Shown here: positions 16,660-24,488 of the stretch, in pieces | How the letters are laid out: each line of letters starts with the position of its first letter | Position numbering within the stretch: position 1 is the stretch's first letter | Assembly (NCBI GenBank): GCA_020148055.1 | Contig: JAHCRF010000003.1 | Location: 1 to 52,442 of the forward strand | Reading direction: 5' to 3' | DNA: 52,442 bases | From: Patescibacteria group bacterium | GTDB lineage: Bacteria > Patescibacteriota > Minisyncoccia > Minisyncoccales > JAHCRE01 | Translations under genes and position numbers: made by a program | The notes under the pieces: generated by a model | The model's input: only the letters and a program-made list of their open reading frames with translations | What the model was told of the DNA's origin: nothing | Database searches by the model: none

Positions 16660-17588
16660 GTTTTTTTGGCGGCTCTTAATTTTGCTGATCTTGAGCGAGG
16701 GTTAATTAATATTTCCTCTTTACTTGGTTTGATTAGTTTTTTAGTTAAAATTTTTAAAAGGCCTTTTCTTGAATTATCTCTTAAAAAATTTTTAGAAATT
16801 CTGTCTTCTAAAGAATGGAAAGAAATTATGACTAATCTTCCCTGGGGCTCTAAAATCTCCAAAGTCTGAGGCAAAGCTTTTTTAAAATTATTTAGTTCAT
16901 CATTGACAACAATTCTTAATGCCTGAAAAGTCTTTGTAGCAAAATGCCTGCGGGGAATTTTTTTCCTGTCCCGCACCGAACTTGTTCTGGTGCGGGGATA
17001 TCGATACCAAGCAGGAACTGCTTTTTTTATGATTTCTACTAATTGAAAGGTGGTTTCAATCTTTCTTATTTTTCTATTCTTAATAATTTCTTTAGCAATT
17101 TTTTTCGCAAATCTTTCTTCACCATATTCTCTTAAGATTTTTTCCAGTTTTTTTTCTGGATAATCATTTACAATTTCTTCCGCTGTCAAGATTTTTGATT
17201 TCACATTATATCTCATATCTAAAGGTTCATTTCTCAAAAAGCTAAATCCTCGACCACTTTCCTCTAAATGCCAGCTGGAGATTCCAAGATCAAACAAGAT
17301 TCCTTGAACTTTTTTAAAATTACATTTTTTAACGATCTTTTTTAAATTTGCAAAATTATCGCAAATAAGAATTGATCTTTTTTCGTATTTAGTATTTAGT
17401 ATTTTGTATTTAGGTATCTTTATTATTTCAAGGTTCCAATCAATACCAAGTACTTTTCCATGAGGTGCTATCTTTTCTAAAATTGCTAAGCTATGGCCAC
17501 CTTCCCCAGTTGTACAATCAATAAAATTTTGATTAGCTTTGGGCGCTAAATATTTTAGAACTTCTTTTTGTAAGACTGGGATATGCAT
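16656..17588 (-). CDS. rsmH: 16S rRNA (cytosine1402-N4)-methyltransferase RsmH (MraW)
   Basis: 310 aa. MHIPVLQKEVL start, DCTTGEGGHS SAM motif, FDLGISS, and SFHSLEDR. Confidence 0.95.
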   Translation of the reverse strand: MHIPVLQKEVLKYLAPKANQNFIDCTTGEGGHSLAILEKIAPHGKVLGIDWNLEIIKIPKYKILNTKYEKRSILICDNFANLKKIVKKCNFKKVQGILFDLGISSWHLEESGRGFSFLRNEPLDMRYNVKSKILTAEEIVNDYPEKKLEKILREYGEERFAKKIAKEIIKNRKIRKIETTFQLVEIIKKAVPAWYRYPRTRTSSVRDRKKIPRRHFATKTFQALRIVVNDELNNFKKALPQTLEILEPQGRLVIISFHSLEDRISKNFLRDNSRKGLLKILTKKLIKPSKEEILINPRSRSAKLRAAKKT

Positions 17589-17591
17589 ATC

Positions 17592-17682
17592 ACTTGGACC
17601 CCTTTTTCAGAAAAAGGTGTCCAACCGCCAAAAATATAAGGTGTCAAATTGCCCGGGACCTTATAACCCGTGGCAATTTGAC
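17592..17682 (-). ncRNA. Conserved structured intergenic element, copy A (between mraZ and rsmH)
   Basis: Its reverse complement is near-identical to 41122-41212. Transcript-sense reading: GTCAAATTGCCACGGGTTATAAGGTCCCGGGCAATTTGACACCTTATATTTTTGGCGGTTGGACACCTTTTTCTGAAAAAGGGGTCCAAGT. It forms two long hairpins and ends 3 nt before the rsmH ATG. Confidence 0.5.
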
Positions 17683-17693
17683 TGATTTATATT

Positions 17694-18125
17694 TTATACG
17701 CCTAACTCCTTTAGTCTTTCTGCCATATCCCCTATTTCTTTCTCTGTTTTTTCTCTATATTTTTGCCATTTCTTTTCATCCCAAATTTCTATTCTATTGG
17801 AAAGCCCAAGTAAAACTATATTCTTTTTTAAAAGGGCATATTTTTTTAAGTATTCAGGAATTAAAATTCGGCCTGATTTATCTAAATCAACATCGCAGGC
17901 TCCTGCTAACATAATTCTGGCAAAACCTCGAGCATCTAATCGGCTGGCTGGCAGCTTACTTAGTTTCTCAGACATTATTCCCCACTCTTTTAAAGGATAA
18001 ATAATTAGACAATTATCTAAACCCCTGGTAATTATTACCTTCTTTCCTAATTCTTTTCTGAATTTTGAAGGAAGAGCCAGTCTTTTTTTAGTATCTAATG
18101 TATAGCGATATTCACCAATGAACAT
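17694..18125 (-). CDS. mraZ: Transcriptional regulator MraZ
   Basis: 143 aa. MFIGEYRYTLDTKKRLALPSKFR start, two SpoVT/AbrB-like repeats, first gene of the dcw cluster. Confidence 0.95.
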   Translation of the reverse strand: MFIGEYRYTLDTKKRLALPSKFRKELGKKVIITRGLDNCLIIYPLKEWGIMSEKLSKLPASRLDARGFARIMLAGACDVDLDKSGRILIPEYLKKYALLKKNIVLLGLSNRIEIWDEKKWQKYREKTEKEIGDMAERLKELGV

Positions 18126-18145
18126 AATTTTCTAGTAAAATGAGT

Positions 18146-18214
18146 TTTCCACAAATCTAGTCAGTTATCCCACAGTTTTCCACAATTCCCCACTCTAATT
18201 CCTTTATACCCCAC
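18146..18214 (-). promoter_or_regulatory. Array of GTGGG/GTGGA direct repeats (candidate MraZ operator)
   Basis: Minus strand: GTGGGGTATA (ends at 18214), then GTGGGGAATT / GTGGAAAACT / GTGGGATAAC (18193-18164), then GTGGAAAACT (from 18152). Repeat spacing is 21, 10, 10, 21 bp. Confidence 0.6.
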
Positions 18215-18232
18215 TTCGTAACATTGAGTCAA
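18203..18232 (-). promoter_or_regulatory. Candidate mraZ (dcw) promoter
   Basis: Minus strand TTGACT (18232-18227), 18-nt spacer, TATAAA (18208-18203). It overlaps the repeat array. Confidence 0.45.
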
Positions 18233-18300
18233 ATAAAAATTGAATAGCTTTAAAATAAGATAAAACCAATTATCTTTTCCACAGAATATTCACAGTCAAT

Positions 18301-18326
18301 AAAAAAATCGCCTAAAATATAGGCGG
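18301..18326 (-). terminator. Intrinsic terminator after the 18351..19736 gene
   Basis: cgccta / taggcg 6-bp stem (18309-18325) with a 5-nt loop. A T-run follows on the minus strand (A-run 18301-18307 on the plus strand). Confidence 0.55.
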
Positions 18327-18350
18327 TTTTTGAATACTTTCTTTTTTCCC

Positions 18351-19736
18351 TTACCAGCAATCTAAATTAATTGGAGGATTATCTAATTCTTGATTTCCTT
18401 TATGGCTAATCGCAAAAAATCTTCCACCCTCTAAACATATCCAAACGCAATATTTTTGAGGATTTTCAATATTAGAAATCCATTGATAAGGATAGGCGCA
18501 AGGATTTTCACCCGGAGTAAATGCCATAGGACCAGGACCAAACTGAGAATACCCGTATTTCTCATAATCACTCTCTATAAGAGTTTGGAGTTGTAGTAAC
18601 TCAGTTTTTCCTCTAGTATCCCAGTCTTCTAGTTCAGGCTCTTGAAAAGGGGTTGAGGGAGAAATCTTAAAAAATTCTTCTAAAAAAGGACTAAAAATTT
18701 CCTCTATTGTCTTAAATTCTTCTGGCGCTTCAATAATTAAGGGTTGATTAAAATCAGAAAAATCCATATCTATTTTTATAATTATTTTCCCTTCAGTTCC
18801 TGGATTAATTTCGGCAAGATCGATTTCTTTTTCTCCCTTAATTTTATAAAGCAAATTGTCTTTTTTGCCAATCCAAAGCTCAGCTGTAATTTCCCCAACT
18901 TTTTCAAAAAATTCATCAAATGCTTCTAAAATTTCAGTTAGGATTTCTTCTTTACCCGGTACAGAAGGAGTCATCGGAAATCCTAGATTGGAAGGAGGAA
19001 AAGCTTCCCACAAAATTTCAAAAATTCCAGGAATTAATTTTTTAATCTCTTCTTTGTTCAGAGCAACTAAATAATGATAGGTTTTTACATTCCTAATTTC
19101 TTTATCTGCGAATTCTCTTGTTACAATATACAATTTTTTATCTTTGAATAAGGTTTGGAATTTTTGAATCATTTCTTCTTGTTCTTCTTTTGCTTTCTGC
19201 GTCTCTTCTGCCATATCAAATTTAATCCATTGACCTTTGATCTCACCCAGGTCAATTCCAAGCATCTCAAAAAAAGGTTCTAAAAAAGCAAGAGCAGGAA
19301 TGGTAGTTAATTTAAAATAAGAGTCTTCTCCTATGGTTTTACTTTCTCCTGCTAAAGAAAATTGCATTCCTTCAAAAGCTAGAGTGATATAAAAATCTCC
19401 AGCTGATTTGGGGTTTTTAGGATCAGTATTATCTGAATCACTGGCAAAATCCATCGAGATTTTAAAGCCTTCCTTTGTGTCTTCTTTTGCTTCAATAGAC
19501 ATTTCTGCTCTAGAATGAACAGCTTTTAATTCCCCCATTTCAATAACCATTTTTTCAATCACTTCTTCAGGCGATGGTCTAAAGGGGTTCCAAAAAGGAT
19601 CCCAAGCTTTAGTATAGAGACAAACCCCTACTCCAATTGCTATCAAAATTATTACTCCGGCAATAATTTTGATAACCTTGCTTTTCTTTGGAGGGGGCCC
19701 TACGGAAATTTGTATTTTTTCTTCAATTAGTTCCAT
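18351..19736 (-). CDS. Membrane-anchored hypothetical protein with a Cys-containing C-terminal domain
   Basis: 461 aa with ATG start, one N-terminal TM helix, an acidic extracytoplasmic body, and a C-terminal region with 4 Cys (CAYPYQW...CVWICLEGG...LDCW). No recognised family. Confidence 0.65.
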   Translation of the reverse strand: MELIEEKIQISVGPPPKKSKVIKIIAGVIILIAIGVGVCLYTKAWDPFWNPFRPSPEEVIEKMVIEMGELKAVHSRAEMSIEAKEDTKEGFKISMDFASDSDNTDPKNPKSAGDFYITLAFEGMQFSLAGESKTIGEDSYFKLTTIPALAFLEPFFEMLGIDLGEIKGQWIKFDMAEETQKAKEEQEEMIQKFQTLFKDKKLYIVTREFADKEIRNVKTYHYLVALNKEEIKKLIPGIFEILWEAFPPSNLGFPMTPSVPGKEEILTEILEAFDEFFEKVGEITAELWIGKKDNLLYKIKGEKEIDLAEINPGTEGKIIIKIDMDFSDFNQPLIIEAPEEFKTIEEIFSPFLEEFFKISPSTPFQEPELEDWDTRGKTELLQLQTLIESDYEKYGYSQFGPGPMAFTPGENPCAYPYQWISNIENPQKYCVWICLEGGRFFAISHKGNQELDNPPINLDCW

Positions 19737-19784
19737 CTTATTTCATTATAAACAAAAAATTAAAAAGAAAAAAATGTAGAAAAA

Positions 19785-22361
19785 TTAAGGATTAATTATC
19801 AATTTAAATTCTCTCGGCCCAACTTCCACCCTATCTCCTCTTTTTAATTCACCTGATAATAGAGCAGAGGCTAAGCGATTTTCAACCTTATCTTGAATAA
19901 CTCTTCTCATTTCTCTGGCTCCAAAAACCGGGCTATATCCTAATTCAACGATTTTTTCTTTAAGGGGTAGGTTTATTATAAATTCAACATCTTTTTGAGC
20001 TAAATTTTTCTTTAATTTTTGAAGCAATAATTCACAAATATCTAAAAGATTTTCTTTTGTTAAGGGATAAAAGACAACTACTGCATCAAATCGATTAATA
20101 AGCTCTGGTCTAAAAATTCCTTTTTTAAAAAGAAAATCTAGAAGTTTTTCTTTCACTTCAAGCCATTCGGTTTTCTTTTTTAAAGCCTCCAAAATCACCT
20201 GATAACCGGCGTTGGAAGTAGCAATGATTATTGAATTTTTAAAATTAATCTTTCTTCCTAAGCCATCGGTCAAATGACCTTCGTCCAAAACCTGTAAAAA
20301 TAAATTTAAGATATTGGGGTGGGCTTTCTCAATCTCGTCCAATAAAATCAAAGAAAAAGGTCTTTCCCTAACCTTAGTAGTCAAAAGTCCCTCTTCTTCG
20401 ATTGAGCCAATTAATCTGGGAATATCTCTAATTGCCTGAAACTCTGACATATCAATTCTAATCATTTTTTCCTCTGATTTAAAATAAATCTCAGCCAGCG
20501 CTTTGGAAGTTTCGGTCTTCCCTACTCCGGTTGGTCCTAAAAACAAAAAGCAGCCCATTGGACCTTTCCTGACTGTAATATCAGCTCTGGCTCTTCTCAA
20601 AGCAGTAGAAATTTCCTTAACGGCCTCTTCTTGATTAATAATTCTTTTATGAATTAGTTTTTCTAAATTAAGCAAAATTCTTCTTTCTTCAGTTTCAATT
20701 TCCCCTATTGGAATTTGGGTTTTGTCAGAGATAATTCTGGCCACGTGGTCTGGCAAAACCATTTTGTGCTTAGTAAAATTAGCGACATAGACCATTATTT
20801 CATCTAAAAGGTCGATTGCTTTTTTGGGAAAAGGAATTTCTGGAAGGTATCTGGCAGAATATTTAACAATATCTCTGATAGCTGGATATGTAACAAAGAG
20901 TTTGTATTTTTTCTCGAGGAATGGAAGGAAATTTTCCAAGACCCTAATTGTTTCTCGCTCAGAAATCTCGGAAATCTCCACTTTCTCAAAATAACTTAAA
21001 GTTGCCGTATTTGGTTCAATGAATCGATGAAATCCGGGAAAATTAGTAATGGCAATAAGTTGGAAGGCAGGCCTTGGTAGATAGTGATTAATTATTCCTG
21101 AAATATCAACTACTCCTGGGCGGTGGATTGGACTAAGATAGTTATGGAAATCGTCAATCACTAAAATAACATTGCCCGCTATTATCACCTCTTTAAAAAC
21201 TGTATCAAAGATTATTTCTATCTCTTCAAAAGACTCAGCCTGGGAAAGAATAGAGACGATATCAAGAGAGACTATTCTTTTGGAATTGACTTGAGGTAGA
21301 CTTAAATTGAAAAAAGCCCTTCTGGATAATTCCTCCACGAGCTTCATTCTCCCTCCCCCTGGTTCTCCAATTAAAAGAACATTATTTATTTCTTCCCGAC
21401 TTAATATTCTTTCCATCGCCTCAAGTTCTTTTTTAAAGCCAACAATTTCTCTAAAGCTTTTACGCCTGATCACTCTTGTCCAATCAGTTGAAAATCGGTC
21501 CAGGGTCAGGGTGTAACCGGCTGCCCAATCTCTGGCAATCGAACCTTTTTTAGCCAAATTTTTGGAATCCCAGAATCTTCGCTCAGTCTCAATTTCCTCT
21601 TCCAAGTTTTCTAACCACCAGGTTAAATTCTCAATATCTTCGGCTTTAAGATTAAAATCAATCAAAATTTTTTTAAAAATCGAATTGCGTTTAGCCAAAG
21701 CAGAAATCACATCACCTATCTCAATTCTTAGATGTCCTTTTTTTTGGGCTATTTTTAAAGATTCGAAGATTAAATCCTGAAAATCTCTTCCAAATCTTGG
21801 GGACTCAGCCGAACTCCTTACAGGATGCTTTAATTCCTCTTTCAGTAATTTTTTAATTTCTTTGAAATTCAAGGTAGCCCGGGAAAAAATAAAATTCAGT
21901 TTAGAATTATCCTTTAGAAGGAAAAAAAACAAAATCGTTGAATTAATTTCTGGATGCTTTCTCGATTCAACGAATCTTAATGATTGGTAAACTGCCTTTG
22001 CTACTTCAAAACTTAAAAATTCAGCTAAATTAAATTTTTCTGGATTTAGTGCAGCTGTTTTTAAAAGTTTTACCTGTCCGTCTAAGCCCAAAAAACGAAG
22101 ATGTGGCTTTTTTAATTTTGAATTTAAAAATGCCTCTTTGAGAAAGCTTAATAAAAATAAAACCAAAAAAATTATTAAAAGGCTTAAAATTCTTTTGGTA
22201 AAAAAGTCTTCTATCCAAAAACCATATAAAAATATTAAAAAAGTAATGAAAAATAAAATAAAAAATAAAATTTTAAGAAATCTAGCATATCTAAAAGCAG
22301 GATTCCTTTCCCACTTAACTGCCCGGAAGATGGCCGCTGTTTTTAAATTAAAATTAAACAT
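19785..22361 (-). CDS. Clp/Hsp100-type AAA+ ATPase with an N-terminal membrane domain and a degenerate first Walker A
   Basis: The ORF-track start at 22388 is TTG; the first ATG is at 22361. N-terminal TM helices. D1 reads GEPGGGRMKLVEEL instead of GxPGVGKT. D2 is canonical (GPTGVGKTETSKALA, LLDEIEKAH, sensor region GAREMRR). Confidence 0.85.
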   Translation of the reverse strand: MFNFNLKTAAIFRAVKWERNPAFRYARFLKILFFILFFITFLIFLYGFWIEDFFTKRILSLLIIFLVLFLLSFLKEAFLNSKLKKPHLRFLGLDGQVKLLKTAALNPEKFNLAEFLSFEVAKAVYQSLRFVESRKHPEINSTILFFFLLKDNSKLNFIFSRATLNFKEIKKLLKEELKHPVRSSAESPRFGRDFQDLIFESLKIAQKKGHLRIEIGDVISALAKRNSIFKKILIDFNLKAEDIENLTWWLENLEEEIETERRFWDSKNLAKKGSIARDWAAGYTLTLDRFSTDWTRVIRRKSFREIVGFKKELEAMERILSREEINNVLLIGEPGGGRMKLVEELSRRAFFNLSLPQVNSKRIVSLDIVSILSQAESFEEIEIIFDTVFKEVIIAGNVILVIDDFHNYLSPIHRPGVVDISGIINHYLPRPAFQLIAITNFPGFHRFIEPNTATLSYFEKVEISEISERETIRVLENFLPFLEKKYKLFVTYPAIRDIVKYSARYLPEIPFPKKAIDLLDEIMVYVANFTKHKMVLPDHVARIISDKTQIPIGEIETEERRILLNLEKLIHKRIINQEEAVKEISTALRRARADITVRKGPMGCFLFLGPTGVGKTETSKALAEIYFKSEEKMIRIDMSEFQAIRDIPRLIGSIEEEGLLTTKVRERPFSLILLDEIEKAHPNILNLFLQVLDEGHLTDGLGRKINFKNSIIIATSNAGYQVILEALKKKTEWLEVKEKLLDFLFKKGIFRPELINRFDAVVVFYPLTKENLLDICELLLQKLKKNLAQKDVEFIINLPLKEKIVELGYSPVFGAREMRRVIQDKVENRLASALLSGELKRGDRVEVGPREFKLIINP

Positions 22362-22365
22362 GAAG

Positions 22366-22764
22366 TTAAAGTAAGATTTTAAACCCAAACCATAGTCCTG
22401 CTATTAACAAAACTGGAAGAACAATCCATCCCACAAATATAATTACTCCAAAAAGAACGACAAAAATTTCTGTTAAAATCCCAATGAATATTAAGATACT
22501 TTTCATTATTGCTCCTAAAATTCGAGAGATTAAATTGGAAAAAAAGGACTCTATGTACCTTGGGATATCAAATCCCCGACCATAGTCCCATTTATATTGT
22601 CGCCAATGAGAAAAAAAAGTTTTCAAAAGTAAAGGAATTGAAAAATAATTTAGATTAAACAAAAGAAAATTTCTCCAGCCCAGCAGGATTTCTTTTGGCA
22701 CATCAAAAAAATGCCAAACTAAATATTGAATTAAAATATTTTTAGTTAAAAAAATTTCAGCCAT
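22366..22764 (-). CDS. Small hypothetical membrane protein
   Basis: About 132 aa from ATG 22764 (the track start at 22770 is TTG). C-terminal hydrophobic helices. Confidence 0.55.
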   Translation of the reverse strand: MAEIFLTKNILIQYLVWHFFDVPKEILLGWRNFLLFNLNYFSIPLLLKTFFSHWRQYKWDYGRGFDIPRYIESFFSNLISRILGAIMKSILIFIGILTEIFVVLFGVIIFVGWIVLPVLLIAGLWFGFKILL

Positions 22765-22791
22765 TTTCAATTTTATTATAACAATAAAATT

Positions 22792-22824
22792 TAAAAATAA
22801 AAAGACCGCCTTCTCAGCGGTTCT
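22792..22824 (-). terminator. Intrinsic terminator ending the riboswitch-led operon
   Basis: Minus strand AGAACCGC-TGAGAAG-GCGGTCT followed by TTTTATTTTT. Confidence 0.65.
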
Positions 22825-22848
22825 TTGAATTAATTTTAGAAATTACAG

Positions 22849-23385
22849 TCAATGAGGCAAAAAACCAAATTTCTTTCTCCTAACCAAAGTTAGAACTGAT
22901 TCGTAGGCTCCAAAAAAAATGAAATTGTAAAATAAATCACCTAACAAACTGTTGCGGAAAAATGGCAGAGCCAAAATATAGCATTGAATCAATCCTGATA
23001 GAGTTTTTGGGTACCAGTTAGTAAATTGCCAGACCGCAAAATTTGTAATCAGAAAAAATAAAACTGAACCTGATAGACTACCGGCTAAAATGGTTTCTAG
23101 ACTTTTGTATTTTTTAATCATCAATCCTATTAAGCCAATTAAACAAAAACTTCCATAAACCGTTAACATTAATTTCCAACTATAAAAACCCAAAAAAATG
23201 TCACTCAAAAACATTGCCAAGATAGGAGCAAAAAAAGCATATTTTTTTCCTAAATAAACTCCAGAAAATAAAGCAATTGCAGCAATTGGCGTAAAATTCC
23301 AGGGATGAGGTAACAATCTGAAAGTTAAACCTAAACTTACCAAAATTACAAAGATAACAATTTTATTAATTTTATTTTTTTCCAT
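22849..23385 (-). CDS. Small polytopic membrane protein, putative vitamin (B12?) transporter of the ECF-S-like / DUF6580-like type
   Basis: 178 aa with about 5-6 TM helices and an LLPHPWNFTPIAAIALFSG motif. It is the last gene of the operon behind the candidate cobalamin riboswitch. Family assignment is from memory only. Confidence 0.5.
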   Translation of the reverse strand: MEKNKINKIVIFVILVSLGLTFRLLPHPWNFTPIAAIALFSGVYLGKKYAFFAPILAMFLSDIFLGFYSWKLMLTVYGSFCLIGLIGLMIKKYKSLETILAGSLSGSVLFFLITNFAVWQFTNWYPKTLSGLIQCYILALPFFRNSLLGDLFYNFIFFGAYESVLTLVRRKKFGFLPH

Positions 23386-23388
23386 AAT

Positions 23389-23483
23389 TTTACCCAGTTA
23401 GTACAACTTTGACATCCATAACTCAACTTTGTTGAGTTATGGGAGATTTCGCGAAGCGGGTCAAAGTTGTCCTACTGGGTTTA
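23389..23483 (-). repeat. Inverted-repeat element family 1, copy 1 (long form)
   Basis: ttta-cccagttagtacaactttgac ... gtcaaagttgtcctactggg-ttta. Internal hairpin ccataactcaac/gttgagttatgg. It fills the whole intergenic gap and its outer TTTA overlaps the TAA stop of the upstream gene. Confidence 0.7.
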
Positions 23484-23915
23484 AAATTGACTTTCAATAT
23501 ATTTCCATTCAACTGTATCACCATCCTCTAAGAAGAAACTTCCTGCCTCTAACTGAGCATACTCATTATTTACCCAGTACTGCCACCATTTATTAGATTT
23601 TGGGTCACTACCCATATTATCAATGGATTCAACAAAAACTCCTAAATCAGGATATTCTTTAAAAGAAAATTCTAAATTATTTTCCTCAGTCACTTTCTTT
23701 AATAAATCAAAAACTGTTTCTTCTCCACTTAATCTAATGTTCTCAAAATTTTTGATATTTCCTTCACTAAAATCAAGTAAAAGAGAAATTTTTATCTCTT
23801 GTTCAACTTCAATTTCCCTTGGTGAAACTCCGATTTTTGCAAAATATTGACCCACAAAAAATCCGATAATTAAAACAGCAATAATTGAAATAAAGATTTT
23901 AAGTGAAATTTTCAT
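23481..23915 (-). CDS. DUF4430 (transcobalamin-like) domain protein with an N-terminal anchor
   Basis: 144 aa. N-terminal TM/signal helix. C-terminal WWQYWVNNEYAQLEAGSFFLEDGDTVEWKY matches the DUF4430 pattern (W-Y-x-VNG...GD-x-I-x-W-x-Y). Confidence 0.7.
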   Translation of the reverse strand: MKISLKIFISIIAVLIIGFFVGQYFAKIGVSPREIEVEQEIKISLLLDFSEGNIKNFENIRLSGEETVFDLLKKVTEENNLEFSFKEYPDLGVFVESIDNMGSDPKSNKWWQYWVNNEYAQLEAGSFFLEDGDTVEWKYIESQF

Positions 23916-23924
23916 AATTTCTGA

Positions 23925-24488
23925 CTAATCACTGGAGACGGGAAGATTTGCCGGCGGAGGAATAACTTTCTTTCTTTTCTTAAGATATTTTAGCAAGAAA
24001 AATCCAATTAAACAAATCACTAAAATTCCAACTATCAACCAAGGCAAATGCCGAGAAAAAACTGCTAAAAGAGAAGCTAAAAAGATCGACTCCCCCTCCC
24101 TGACATTTAGTCTTAAAGGAATTTTCAGCCCGGGACCAACACTGAAGCTCCGGCGATCCAAAGAAGCGACTAAAACCGAGAGGTTTGTCGCTTTTTTACC
24201 TTCTTCTTTTGCTAAAACTTTAATTTTCACCTCTTTATTTTCTCCTGCCTCTAATCTGAAACTATTTGGCTCAATTTTTATCCATTCATTTAATTCATCA
24301 GAAAAAACTTGGAAAATTCCCGCTTCCTGGGAGATGTTGTAAACTAAAATTTTTGTTTTTTGGGGCTGACCGACTTTTAATTCTAAATCTAAAAAAGACG
24401 GTTTAGCTCCAATCCCAATAGCTAAAGCAGAATCAAAAAAGAAAAGAGAAAAGACAAAAAGGAAGATTATTAAGATTTTTAATCTCAT
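23925..24488 (-). CDS. Secreted beta-sandwich-like protein with a C-terminal TM anchor
   Basis: 187 aa. Signal peptide, alternating beta-strand pattern (KILVYNISQEAGIFQV, EVKIKVLAK), C-terminal TM helix and basic stop-transfer (KKRKK). Confidence 0.55.
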   Translation of the reverse strand: MRLKILIIFLFVFSLFFFDSALAIGIGAKPSFLDLELKVGQPQKTKILVYNISQEAGIFQVFSDELNEWIKIEPNSFRLEAGENKEVKIKVLAKEEGKKATNLSVLVASLDRRSFSVGPGLKIPLRLNVREGESIFLASLLAVFSRHLPWLIVGILVICLIGFFLLKYLKKRKKVIPPPANLPVSSD

